Below are positions 27,452 to 36,642 of a DNA stretch of 64,000 nucleotides, in pieces. The stretch covers positions 650,022-714,021 of the forward strand of contig CAXXDC010000002.1 in the NCBI GenBank assembly GCA_963662695.2, in the 5' to 3' direction. The notes under the pieces were generated by a model. The model saw nothing but the letters and a program-made list of their open reading frames with translations, did no database searches and was not told the origin of the DNA. Numbering within the stretch: position 1 is the first letter of the stretch; every line of letters starts with the position of its first letter. Source of the stretch: Clostridia bacterium (GTDB lineage: Bacteria; Bacillota; Clostridia; SK-Y3). The translations under genes and the position numbers were made by a program.

Positions 27452-27844
27452 CTATATGGACTCATTTCTTTGCATTATTTTTGTATACTGTTTTTCTAGA
27501 AAATCATAATATACTGGATGAACATATTTTTCACTACTCTTATAAACTTTTACATTCTTATATCTTAGTATACTCTGATCTACTAGAGGCATTGCTGTTA
27601 CAAGTAAAATTGGTATATCAGCAATATGTTTATTGGCGTAATGTATAAACTCTAGTCCATTTCCATTTTCTAAATACTGACCTACTATTATTACATGTAA
27701 ATTATTTTTAAAAGTTTTCAACTCGCTTTTTGCAGCCTCAAGCGTTCCTACGATTGAAAAATCTATTAGATTTTTATTTTCTAAAAACATAGCTAGTTCC
27801 CTAAATACTGCTTCTTTATGTCTCTTCAAAATTAATATGCGCAT
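27452..27844 (-). CDS. Stand-alone pseudo-receiver (REC-like) domain protein
   Basis: 130 aa with a CheY-like beta-alpha pattern (MRILILK..., HVIIVGQYL..., IPILLVTA). Both the acidic pocket and the phospho-acceptor Asp positions are replaced (KRH; VGQ). Confidence 0.45.
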   Translation of the reverse strand: MRILILKRHKEAVFRELAMFLENKNLIDFSIVGTLEAAKSELKTFKNNLHVIIVGQYLENGNGLEFIHYANKHIADIPILLVTAMPLVDQSILRYKNVKVYKSSEKYVHPVYYDFLEKQYTKIMQRNESI

Positions 27845-27937
27845 GTTGCCCCCCTTGATATTCCTTTCACTTATTTTGATTTAAGCCTACCCTTTATAAC
27901 ATACTATTTGTATTTTCTTCATATACTGTAAACCTAT

Positions 27938-28047
27938 AACCTTATACGGTTAATATAAAACATTTTTTCTTACTTGTCAACCGTATACGGTTAATGTATT
28001 TTTTATAAATTTGCTAACATTATTATAAAGATTACCTTTACACGGTT
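27938..28047. promoter_or_regulatory. Three copies of an AACCGTATACGGTT-type palindrome in a divergent promoter region (probable XRE operator array)
   Basis: AACCTTATACGGTT (27938-27951), perfect AACCGTATACGGTT (27979-27992) and ACCTTTACACGGTT (28034-28047). They lie between the divergent genes at 27844 (-) and 28064 (+). Confidence 0.6.
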
Positions 28048-28063
28048 AAAAGGAGCTTAAAAA

Positions 28064-28306
28064 ATGGATTATGGAAAAATAGTAGCAAAAAGAATTGAAA
28101 ATATCTGTAATGAAAGAAAGATAACGTTAAATAAATTAGCCACATTATCTGGTGTTAGACAATCTACGCTTGATAATATCATAAAAGGTCATACCAAAAA
28201 TCCCAAACTCAAAACCCTACACAGAATATCTGTTGGACTACAAATGACTGTTTCTCAATTTTTGGATTTCCCTGAAATGGATGAGACTATTTTTGATGAT
28301 GAATAA
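28064..28306 (+). CDS. XRE-family helix-turn-helix transcriptional regulator
   Basis: 80 aa. ITLNKLATLSGVRQSTLDNIIKGHTKNPKLKTLHRISVGLQMTVSQF is a canonical Cro/CI-type HTH. Confidence 0.85.
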   Translation: MDYGKIVAKRIENICNERKITLNKLATLSGVRQSTLDNIIKGHTKNPKLKTLHRISVGLQMTVSQFLDFPEMDETIFDDE

Positions 28307-28319
28307 CAATATGTGAAAT

Positions 28320-30104
28320 TTATCTCCCACCTGCTCTACCCATGTACTCAAACTTGTACTTAGGTATTTCAAAATCAACTTTCAGTCTTTTAGAGCCTAT
28401 CATCAATAGTGCTGTTCCTCTTTTTTTCTGTGCTAATAAGCTCTCTTCTGCATCTGTTAAGTTATATAGTTCTTTTAGCTCGGTTAAATTTTTCCCATCT
28501 GACCCCATCAATATTTTAAAACATGGGATATCTAGAAGTGCTTGACCGTACATTTTGATTTCTGGTGCTAAGAAGTCTACTACTGAATGTGACAGAATGG
28601 CAAGTCCTGCCTCATATTTTCTAGCTCGTTTTGCTACGTTTCTTAGAAATACAAGGGATTGTGGTACTCTAGGATCAATCATTAGATAGCTTTCGTCTGC
28701 TATTAGTAAAACTGGCTCTGTTCTGTCTTTAGACATCTCATTCCAACACCATGTAAGTAAGTTAAAATACTGCGTTTTCTTGATGTTATCACTGGCATTT
28801 TGCAGGCTAAATGTATCTAGGCAAATACACCTTGAGTTAGCTTTGATGCTACTATGACCTCCAAATAAAAAAGAATCTCCACCTACTGCGATATCTTTTA
28901 GTAGTGTTGCTAAATCTTTATATTCTATTTCCTTTTTTGATTTTTTTAATATTAGCTCATAGAGGTCTTTCATAATGGGGAATTCTTCATTGTTCATACC
29001 TTTAACGTCTGTATCCCAAGTGATGTTAAAGCTATTGTATAGTTCAATTAGCGATGATTTTAGTAATGCCTTTTGTATTTCGCTTAATTCCATATATAGA
29101 TTAAAAAACACTTCAACATTTTTTAGATGAAGTGCCATTGCTCCTAGTCCTTCTTTTTCGTCTTGCTCGTCTATAGCTGGTATGTCTCTTATTTGTAGTG
29201 GATTAATTCGCCCATTTACACCACCACCTGCATTGACTACATCTCCGCCTAAAGCGATACATAGCTCACGATATTCTGCTTCTGGATCAATAAATAGTAT
29301 CTTTGTCCCTTTCATATATTCTGATATTGCAATATGTTTTACTACTGTACTTTTACCAACCCCTGCAACACCCAGTATTGTAAAGTTACTGTTGGTTCTG
29401 TCACCGCCTCTTTTCCATGTATCAAGTACTACTAGTCCACCACTGCTGTCTTTTGCAAAATAGTAGCCTTTTCCATCACTATATCCACTCGTAGAAAAAG
29501 GGTAACCACCAACAAATGTACTCATTGGCATTACCCTTTGTAATACTGCATTTATATCATTATTTTTCCTGTAATATGGTGATATGTTTTTGAAGGCTTG
29601 CTCTTGTAGATTTGCCAAGACTCGTCCTTTGCACTTGCTTGATGCAATGGCACTTTCTGTCTTTCTACATACTTTTTGAAATCCTTTATCTTCTCTTGCA
29701 AGTGGCATTATGCTAAGGCTCATTGCTCCAACGGATTGATTGTCACTATCAATACTTTCTATGATTTTGTCTCCGTCTATTGCTGCCCTTTCGGCTCGTT
29801 GCTGCATTAATGGATCTTTATTGTGAACTGCATCACTTCTGTTTCGTATAATACTTGATGATACACTCGTGATAAAATCACTACTATCTACTGGATTAAA
29901 TGTTATGCTTGCTACTGTTCCCGATATATTTGTTAGTCTACTAAGCCAACCATAGTCTACTTTTTGAGGATATTTTATTATACCGTAAATCTTGGCTAGA
30001 TTTTCACCTATTATTAATTCGTTTCTTTTTATTTCTAAACCAATAGGTGTGATTAGGCTTAATAAGTCTTTATTTAAGATTTGTTTTTGTATTTGGTTTT
30101 TCAA
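28320..30104 (-). CDS. VirB4-family conjugative T4SS ATPase (ATPase portion)
   Basis: Walker A LGVAGVGKST, Walker B LLIADESYLMIDP, and the VirB4/TrbE-like context IDPEAEYRELC...GRINPLQI. The best start is the TTG at 30104 after AAGGGAGG. The track starts at the TTG at 30128. Confidence 0.85.
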   Translation of the reverse strand: MKNQIQKQILNKDLLSLITPIGLEIKRNELIIGENLAKIYGIIKYPQKVDYGWLSRLTNISGTVASITFNPVDSSDFITSVSSSIIRNRSDAVHNKDPLMQQRAERAAIDGDKIIESIDSDNQSVGAMSLSIMPLAREDKGFQKVCRKTESAIASSKCKGRVLANLQEQAFKNISPYYRKNNDINAVLQRVMPMSTFVGGYPFSTSGYSDGKGYYFAKDSSGGLVVLDTWKRGGDRTNSNFTILGVAGVGKSTVVKHIAISEYMKGTKILFIDPEAEYRELCIALGGDVVNAGGGVNGRINPLQIRDIPAIDEQDEKEGLGAMALHLKNVEVFFNLYMELSEIQKALLKSSLIELYNSFNITWDTDVKGMNNEEFPIMKDLYELILKKSKKEIEYKDLATLLKDIAVGGDSFLFGGHSSIKANSRCICLDTFSLQNASDNIKKTQYFNLLTWCWNEMSKDRTEPVLLIADESYLMIDPRVPQSLVFLRNVAKRARKYEAGLAILSHSVVDFLAPEIKMYGQALLDIPCFKILMGSDGKNLTELKELYNLTDAEESLLAQKKRGTALLMIGSKRLKVDFEIPKYKFEYMGRAGGR

Positions 30105-30124
30105 CGTTTTTACCTCCCTTACAT

Positions 30125-30150
30125 GCAAAAAATAGCCACGAAGGCTATTT
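30125..30150 (-). terminator. Intrinsic terminator-like hairpin between the two VirB4 pieces
   Basis: Minus-strand AAATAGCC-TTCGT-GGCTATTT followed by TTTTG. It sits in the 91-nt gap between the stop at 30196 and the start at 30104. Confidence 0.5.
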
Positions 30151-30195
30151 GTACTTATGATGTCTAATTTTTTTTATAGTAGATAGTATACTGTT

Positions 30196-30804
30196 TTACG
30201 CAAGAGGATTATTTATTAAATCACAAAGCCTGATAATATCGTAGCTTTCGAGAATATCACATCTGATACCTACATTTTCAAATTTCTTAATAAGTTCCTT
30301 TAGTCTTTTCATTAAATCCTTTTCAATATCCTCTGATAGCTTTTCCCATAATATGATATAGAATTGTCTTTCCACTACATCTCTCGATAAGGCAAACTCA
30401 TTCATTTCATAGATTTCTTTTCGTAATAATGCCTTTTGTATGTGATCATCAGTATTTGAAAGCAAGTTCGTGTATTCTTCTAATAATCCTGAAATATCTA
30501 CAGGTCTTGATACTGCAAGAAATTTAAAAGGCTTATCTACACTTGATAATTCTGCTGTTAGTTCATTGCAAAGTGTTTCTTTTTCTTTGTGTGAAAGTAG
30601 TTCTATAGATATTGGGTGGATTCTGATATAGGTCATAGCATAGCCATCTAATGTGTATAAAAAGTTTTCTTTTATATCAACTACATTTACAAAATCCTGT
30701 GCTGTATTTTCTTCTTTTTGATGAGATATATAATAATTTTTATAGATGAAATACCCTACACCTGATAAAAGGCATAGGGTAATCATAACTATTGGCATAA
30801 TCAT
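30196..30804 (-). CDS. Membrane-anchored protein resembling the N-terminal domain of Gram-positive VirB4 (PrgJ/TcpF/Orf16-type)
   Basis: An N-terminal TM helix is followed by …VDIKENFLYTLDGYAMTYIRIHPISIELLSHKEKETLCNELTAELS…FLAVSRPVDIS…RQFYIILWE. 202 + 594 aa together approximate a full-length approximately 800-aa VirB4. Confidence 0.5.
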   Translation of the reverse strand: MIMPIVMITLCLLSGVGYFIYKNYYISHQKEENTAQDFVNVVDIKENFLYTLDGYAMTYIRIHPISIELLSHKEKETLCNELTAELSSVDKPFKFLAVSRPVDISGLLEEYTNLLSNTDDHIQKALLRKEIYEMNEFALSRDVVERQFYIILWEKLSEDIEKDLMKRLKELIKKFENVGIRCDILESYDIIRLCDLINNPLA

Positions 30805-31169
30805 AGAGATTTCTCCAAATCGTCTGACTCATCATCATTCGTCTGCATACATATATAGTATTCAATGGTATCAAATCTTTTCATATACTTTTCTACTTGC
30901 TCATCTGTTAGAGATATGCTTTTTTCACCGCCATCATCACCAAGGATAATAAAGTTTCCTGCAATAATATCACCATTGTCCAGTTTTCTATTACCATCAA
31001 GACCTATGAGCTTTCCTTCTCCATTACAAAACATAATGGTGTTTTTATCAAGTGGAACTAGCTCTATATTGCCACCTACTAGCCTTCTCAATTCTTGATA
31101 TTTGTTTTCAAACTCTATAACCTCTGGTTTTTCTCCAACTCGAACATGGATACCTCTTATTTTCTTCAT
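30801..31169 (-). CDS. DUF3846 domain protein
   Basis: IEFENKYQELRRLVGGNIELVPLDKNTIMFCNGEGKLIGLDGNRKL...IAGNFIILGDDG is the typical DUF3846 pattern found in conjugative elements. Confidence 0.65.
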   Translation of the reverse strand: MKKIRGIHVRVGEKPEVIEFENKYQELRRLVGGNIELVPLDKNTIMFCNGEGKLIGLDGNRKLDNGDIIAGNFIILGDDGGEKSISLTDEQVEKYMKRFDTIEYYICMQTNDDESDDLEKSL

Positions 31170-31185
31170 TTCGTATCATCTCCTC

Positions 31186-32391
31186 TTATTCTATTAAAAT
31201 AGCAGGTCTTCCAAAACATCTAAGCCCTACATTCTTAGCTCTATCAATAGACACGTTATTGGCACTGGCATTGCAATGTGCTACTAATACTTGACCATCT
31301 TCATTAAATCCAACAACAATTCCAACATGATTATCTTTTCTAGTATTGGGGATTGCAAGGAAAGCTAAGTCTCCTACTTTAACTTGATTTTCTATGATAG
31401 TAGTTGATAGCTCCCATTGATTTGTTGTACCATGCCCTATCGTTTTTTCAATAGTTGATACATCAAGACCGATATTGATAAATACCCATGTTACATAGCC
31501 TGAACAATCCAGCCCAAAAGGTCTTACTGTTCCCGTTGAAGTACTGCCTTCTGACGTTACTTTTGTAGGTGTTCCCCATCTGTTATCCCAACCTATAGCA
31601 CTGCTTTTCCCACCCCAAAAGTAATGGACTTTTCCTGCTATACTTAATGCTTTTTCTACAGTCTGTTTTCTTTTAATATCCAAGTCCTGTGGTAAATTGG
31701 ATTTTATTTCTTCTATTTCATGCAGTGATAAATACATGTTACTACCTATAGGCATAAGGCTATTACTGCTTGTTTTGAGTTCTTTTAATACTGTCTTTTG
31801 CTCATCTGTGAAATTGTACTTTCTAGTCATTTCTTCAGCCGTTAAACTATTCACCCAAATGGTTTTATGATAGGTGTTTATTGTTTCCGTATGGGTTATA
31901 CCATGTTCATCTTCTGAAGTTTTTGTACGTGTTTTTGTTTCAACATCTGTTGTTATCTCGTTCATTTCCCAAAATATCTCTTTTAATTCCCGAATAGCTT
32001 TGTCATCTAAATATGATACTTGTTCTCCATTTAAGGTCGTATGCAACGCACTAAAAAAAGATAATACATCAACTGTATTATCAATCAATGTATTATCTTC
32101 ACTACCTACAACTATGGTTGTTATTGTATCCATTTTCGTGTCATTTTGTTCTTCTTCGATTTTAGTTCTAAATTTGTTCTGAAGCTCTTGTATAACCGTC
32201 TGAATAGGTACACTATCTACCCCATCATCGAATAATCCGAAGAATATTGCAAATGGCGATGACAATATTAGAAGTATTAAAATGAGTGGTGTTAAAATGC
32301 TCATTAATATAACATGTCTACCATTTTCACTCGAAGCTACTTTACCTACGGTAGTTGCTGCCTTTGCTATTGTTACTGGGTCTACTGCCAT
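31186..32391 (-). CDS. Membrane-anchored NlpC/P60 (C40) peptidoglycan hydrolase of the conjugation apparatus
   Basis: N-terminal TM segment. The C-terminal catalytic Cys motif is GLDCSGYVTWVF and the His motif is NHVGIVVG. Confidence 0.8.
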   Translation of the reverse strand: MAVDPVTIAKAATTVGKVASSENGRHVILMSILTPLILILLILSSPFAIFFGLFDDGVDSVPIQTVIQELQNKFRTKIEEEQNDTKMDTITTIVVGSEDNTLIDNTVDVLSFFSALHTTLNGEQVSYLDDKAIRELKEIFWEMNEITTDVETKTRTKTSEDEHGITHTETINTYHKTIWVNSLTAEEMTRKYNFTDEQKTVLKELKTSSNSLMPIGSNMYLSLHEIEEIKSNLPQDLDIKRKQTVEKALSIAGKVHYFWGGKSSAIGWDNRWGTPTKVTSEGSTSTGTVRPFGLDCSGYVTWVFINIGLDVSTIEKTIGHGTTNQWELSTTIIENQVKVGDLAFLAIPNTRKDNHVGIVVGFNEDGQVLVAHCNASANNVSIDRAKNVGLRCFGRPAILIE

Positions 32392-32403
32392 TTAGATACC
32401 TCC

Positions 32404-34419
32404 CTATTCACTATCTGGAGCAATGTGCCAATTGTCATAAACAGATCCTTCTATAATTACTCCATCTGATAAATTTACTCTTAACATACCGTCAGGTGTC
32501 CAACAATCAATTACATTTGCATATACATCATATTTACCATTAGGATAAGGTAATGGAGTAAAATGCGTCCGACTGTTAAAGGTTGAGTATTTATTTTCCT
32601 TAAATTCAAATCCGGTGCTACTTGTTTTTTCTAGCAATCTCCAATAGGTATCATAATCAAATTCTGGGAAATAGGTTATTACATTTTGTGCTATTGTATA
32701 ATGGTTACTTGGTGCATCTGTGGTTATCCCTGTATCTACATCTATATCAATACCGTAACCACTTGCCATCGTGTATTTACCGTAGATTTCTTTTGCTGTT
32801 GGATTATGTTTATCGGGTACTATTTTCATATCTGCATTTATGCTTGCAGTATAGCTTTTATAGCTGTATACCCATTTCCCATAATCGAGCCACCATCCTT
32901 CATCAACATATTTATAATGGTGACAAGTCCCTATTCTTTTACCTTCTGAGTTTCTTTTAGCATGACAACCACTGTGATAACGCACAATATTTTCATGCCA
33001 TACATAGCCTGGTTGCCATACAGCACTATATACTCCCCACTGGGCAGTTATCTTATCAGCTTGCTTTGGTATATCGGATATTTTAAAGTTTGGCATTGTA
33101 TCTGTAGGTCGTGGATCGGGTGGCTCATTTTCTGATAAGTCTTCTATTTTGACAGTAAAGGTTGTATGCCTACCACCACTTTCAAGTCTCGCTGAAGAAT
33201 TGCCTGTTATATCTACCGTAACTTCTACATCTTGTGGTGTGGTAGGTGTATGCCATTTTAACCATACATACTCACTATCGCCGTTTGGAAGTACTATTGG
33301 TGTTGTAATTGATTGTCCATTCGCCTTTATGGTCACATATGCTTTATTATCACTTGGATTTTTATATGTGCTACTTCTTGTGTCAGTCGTTTTATGTCTG
33401 CTATCTGGTGTTATATCTCCACTTGTTGCTTTTACCCTTACAGAAGTAATAACACCCGTATCTACTCGATAGGTATAATCATATTTTGTATCGTTTGGAG
33501 TAACGTCAATACCATTCGCTTCAAGCATTCTCATTCCAATACCGCCACCTTCAATTATTCTATCATCACTCCAATGTACTCCATCAGACAATGGCGATAA
33601 GACAGGTACACCAACCCAACTTTTTTCTAGTACAATTGAATTCGGTAAGTCAGAGTGGGTCATACCTGCAATATATTGTCCTGTATCCCCCCAGAAAAAG
33701 TTGAAATATCCTAGTTTCTGTGCTAGTGCATATTCTGTTGCAGTAAATGCTAGCGGTTGTCTATAGCCATTACTATCTGGCTTTAAGTATGCAATAATGA
33801 CTGGTTCATATACTACTAGCCATGCAACTTTGTTCTGATATGCTCCATTTTCTTTGATTGGTAATATCTCTTCTGGTGGGTAGGTTTTTGTTTCACCATT
33901 GATTGTGAATTGTATATTTCGGACTAATCCTTCCCGTGTTGTTCCTTTTTGGTCCGCAAAGGCATCTATTAAACCAATTAACGTCTTAGTATCTCCAAAG
34001 TAGGCTTTTACAGCATCAATATTGCCGCCATTGGTTATTGGAATTGGTGGTGGATTATCTATGATATAATCGCTATTTAGTATATTGTTCGTCAAAGCGA
34101 TTCCTCTTCTATATTCTATTTTATTTCCTAAACTAGACATCGTATTGGTTGGAAGTGTAAAAGAATTTGGCATGATGTAAATAGCATTATTACCAATCAT
34201 TCTAAATTCATTAATATTAGAATTTATATTAGCTCTGTCACTTAATCCTACGTAAACTGAAACCTTGTACATATATTCAGAACCTCTGTAAAATCCTTTT
34301 TCTGCAAGTGCATTACTGGTATCCCCAGACCCACTATCAGCATTATCTTCTCCATATGCGATTGTAAAAGTCATTAATAGACAAGTAAGAATAACAATTA
34401 TCTTCTTCAACTTATTCAT
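32404..34419 (-). CDS. Large secreted protein of unknown function (signal peptide)
   Basis: N-terminus MNKLKKIIVILTCLLMTFTIAYG is a signal peptide. 671 aa, with no LPXTG and no motif I recognise. Confidence 0.5.
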   Translation of the reverse strand: MNKLKKIIVILTCLLMTFTIAYGEDNADSGSGDTSNALAEKGFYRGSEYMYKVSVYVGLSDRANINSNINEFRMIGNNAIYIMPNSFTLPTNTMSSLGNKIEYRRGIALTNNILNSDYIIDNPPPIPITNGGNIDAVKAYFGDTKTLIGLIDAFADQKGTTREGLVRNIQFTINGETKTYPPEEILPIKENGAYQNKVAWLVVYEPVIIAYLKPDSNGYRQPLAFTATEYALAQKLGYFNFFWGDTGQYIAGMTHSDLPNSIVLEKSWVGVPVLSPLSDGVHWSDDRIIEGGGIGMRMLEANGIDVTPNDTKYDYTYRVDTGVITSVRVKATSGDITPDSRHKTTDTRSSTYKNPSDNKAYVTIKANGQSITTPIVLPNGDSEYVWLKWHTPTTPQDVEVTVDITGNSSARLESGGRHTTFTVKIEDLSENEPPDPRPTDTMPNFKISDIPKQADKITAQWGVYSAVWQPGYVWHENIVRYHSGCHAKRNSEGKRIGTCHHYKYVDEGWWLDYGKWVYSYKSYTASINADMKIVPDKHNPTAKEIYGKYTMASGYGIDIDVDTGITTDAPSNHYTIAQNVITYFPEFDYDTYWRLLEKTSSTGFEFKENKYSTFNSRTHFTPLPYPNGKYDVYANVIDCWTPDGMLRVNLSDGVIIEGSVYDNWHIAPDSE

Positions 34420-34481
34420 CTCCTAACCTAAAGAAGCCAGCTCTCTATAGAACTGACTTCTTTAACTAACATATTTTATTA

Positions 34482-34869
34482 TCACGTATTCATAATTTGC
34501 ATTTCCATTCTTTGATGACTTAATCCTGTTTTCTTTGATGGAAAAACTTTACCCGTAGATCTAAATCCACATTTTCTATAAAACTCAACAGCTTTAATTC
34601 TTGAATTTAGAAAAATTTTAGTACAAGTTTCTTCTCTTGATTTTTTAATTATTCTTTTTATAATTTTCTTCCAATTCCACATCCTCATATCTGCCCTCAA
34701 CAACCATCTGTGATATTTGTGCATTATTATTAAGCATAGTTAATCTTCCATAACCTATAACAACCTTGCAATTATCTATACAAGTTAAACGAATACTCGA
34801 ACTTTCGTGATAATCAATAACAATACTTTTGTCATAGCCAAATTGTTTAAAGAAAATATTATATCTCAA
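34482..34869 (-). pseudogene. GNAT-family N-acetyltransferase, inactivated by frameshifts
   Basis: Two overlapping track ORFs carry the N- and C-terminal halves. The acetyl-CoA motif GCGIGRKL is readable only in the third frame (about 34661-34690). No ATG start follows the GGAGGTG RBS (an ATA codon sits in its place, about 34943). Confidence 0.7.
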
Positions 34870-34979
34870 ATCAATAATATTTTGATAAATTTCTGTATCT
34901 ATATTTGAAGAAATATCAATATATCTATATACAAAATTATTTATTTACAACACCTCCATTTCAACTTGAGCTTTCGCAC

Positions 34980-35603
34980 CTAAAATTTATCTCCTGTTCC
35001 CCATTCACCATCACCATAATCAGAACCTTCACTACCACCTTCTAATCCACTATCTGGTCTTTTAGTAGGTGGTTTAGCAAATGGATTCTCACTATCAGGC
35101 ACTAAGTTACTTCCATTGTCACCCTCTGTATCAGTAGGTGCATCTGGCGTAACTACTACTGGATTTTCTACTGGTTCTTGTGGTTCAACTGTTGGTGACT
35201 CTTCTCTAACTGGCGGTTCGGGATTAATCTCTGTATCTCCCTCTTGAACTTCATGTTCACCATCAGGCAATTTATCTTTCTCTTCTACAGGATGTTCCTC
35301 TACATTTTCTTGTTTTGGCAACTCAGGTGCAGGTGGTACAACTGGCTTTTCTACTTCCGTTGGTACTTCTTGCTCTTTTTCTTTTTGGACTGGTTCATCC
35401 TCTTTAATGCCAGCTACTTCAACAGTAGGTTTATCATCTTCTATATCTTGTGGTTTTACTTCTTTTTTAATATTTTCATCTGCAATAGTATCTTGTTCAG
35501 CAGGTACTAGTGTCTTTTCATATACATTATATCCAATGCCTATGGCTACTAAAATCAATACACATACAATTGTGATTTGTTTTATTCTGTTGTTTTTCAT
35601 CAA
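34980..35603 (-). CDS. Membrane-anchored Pro/Glu-rich low-complexity protein
   Basis: An N-terminal TM helix (ITIVCVLILVAIGIGY) is followed by an extended P/E/V-rich region. Confidence 0.5.
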   Translation of the reverse strand: MMKNNRIKQITIVCVLILVAIGIGYNVYEKTLVPAEQDTIADENIKKEVKPQDIEDDKPTVEVAGIKEDEPVQKEKEQEVPTEVEKPVVPPAPELPKQENVEEHPVEEKDKLPDGEHEVQEGDTEINPEPPVREESPTVEPQEPVENPVVVTPDAPTDTEGDNGSNLVPDSENPFAKPPTKRPDSGLEGGSEGSDYGDGEWGTGDKF

Positions 35604-35722
35604 ATTTCCTCCATTCTAATTTTTATATGTGTGATAAAAATTTTTCAATTTTTTTCATATAATCAGATATTACTTTTATATTCATAAGCATATGCTACTA
35701 TATTTTTCCTGTCAAGCTATCA

Positions 35723-36250
35723 TCAGAATTTTGGTATGAATTTAGCCTCTACTTTAAGAAGAATGACCATATCAGGTAAGTCATCCCAACCAAAGCTAAG
35801 TGGAACTCTTAATGTAATGGTTACATTAGCCTTGAACCTATCATCTTTATCCCCTCTAAATTTAGCATTAATAACATCTACATTCAGATCATATAAAACG
35901 TATTCCATTTCACCATTTATATATTTTACATATCTGCTACCATCTCTTTGTAAGCCTAAATGCTCTGATAAATCTTGATAGGCTGTTCCTTTGTCGATAT
36001 CTGTTTCCCAACTGTTCCCATCTAAAATATATCCACCTGAATAGCCTTGTCTAAGTCCATTGTAATTGTTATCCCAGTTATTAGTTACAACCGATATCAC
36101 CGATGATTGCACACCATCACGCACGCCCTTTGCAATTATTTTTAACCTTATATATTCTGATATTGCAGTAAATATTAACATGAAGATGAGTACAAAAACA
36201 CATGCCAAAATAACTGCATTTCCTTCTTTATTTTTTATCAATTCTTCCAA
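35723..36250 (-). CDS. TadE/pseudopilin-like protein
   Basis: N-terminus KNKEGNAVILACVFVLIFMLIFTAI is a short charged leader plus a hydrophobic helix, as in Tad minor pilins. The gene lies in the Tad cluster. Confidence 0.4.
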   Translation of the reverse strand: MEELIKNKEGNAVILACVFVLIFMLIFTAISEYIRLKIIAKGVRDGVQSSVISVVTNNWDNNYNGLRQGYSGGYILDGNSWETDIDKGTAYQDLSEHLGLQRDGSRYVKYINGEMEYVLYDLNVDVINAKFRGDKDDRFKANVTITLRVPLSFGWDDLPDMVILLKVEAKFIPKF

Positions 36251-36639
36251 TAGACTTCACTCCTTCCTGTGGCTTTTGATGTTAAGGTTATGGGAAATGA
36301 GCCAAAAGAAAAGAAACCTATATCGGTTTCTAGAGTAAGCACTAAGCTAAATTCGCTATTTAGTTGTATTTTGCCTGTGGTTGACCAATTTACATCTGGT
36401 TCAAGTCCTGTATTAACTTTTAATTCATTAATCCTATTTCTCGTGGCACTTCCGATATATCCTTCTATTTCTGCACACCGTACCGCTTCGTCTGCAAATG
36501 TATCAAGCTTTGCCTTCATTATAAATACTGGTAGAACATTTGTGGCAAGTGCAAGCATTAATACGACTACAAAGACGATTATTACTACGTCTATGTAGCC
36601 TTCACCTCGTTTGTCTTTTAAAATATTCAGTTTCATCAC
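36238..36639 (-). CDS. DUF4320-family (Tad-associated pseudopilin-like) protein
   Basis: DKRGEGYIDVVIIVFVVVLMLALATNVLPVFIMKAKLDTFADEAVRCAEIEGYIG matches the DUF4320 pattern. Confidence 0.55.
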   Translation of the reverse strand: MMKLNILKDKRGEGYIDVVIIVFVVVLMLALATNVLPVFIMKAKLDTFADEAVRCAEIEGYIGSATRNRINELKVNTGLEPDVNWSTTGKIQLNSEFSLVLTLETDIGFFSFGSFPITLTSKATGRSEVYWKN

Positions 36640-36642
36640 CTC

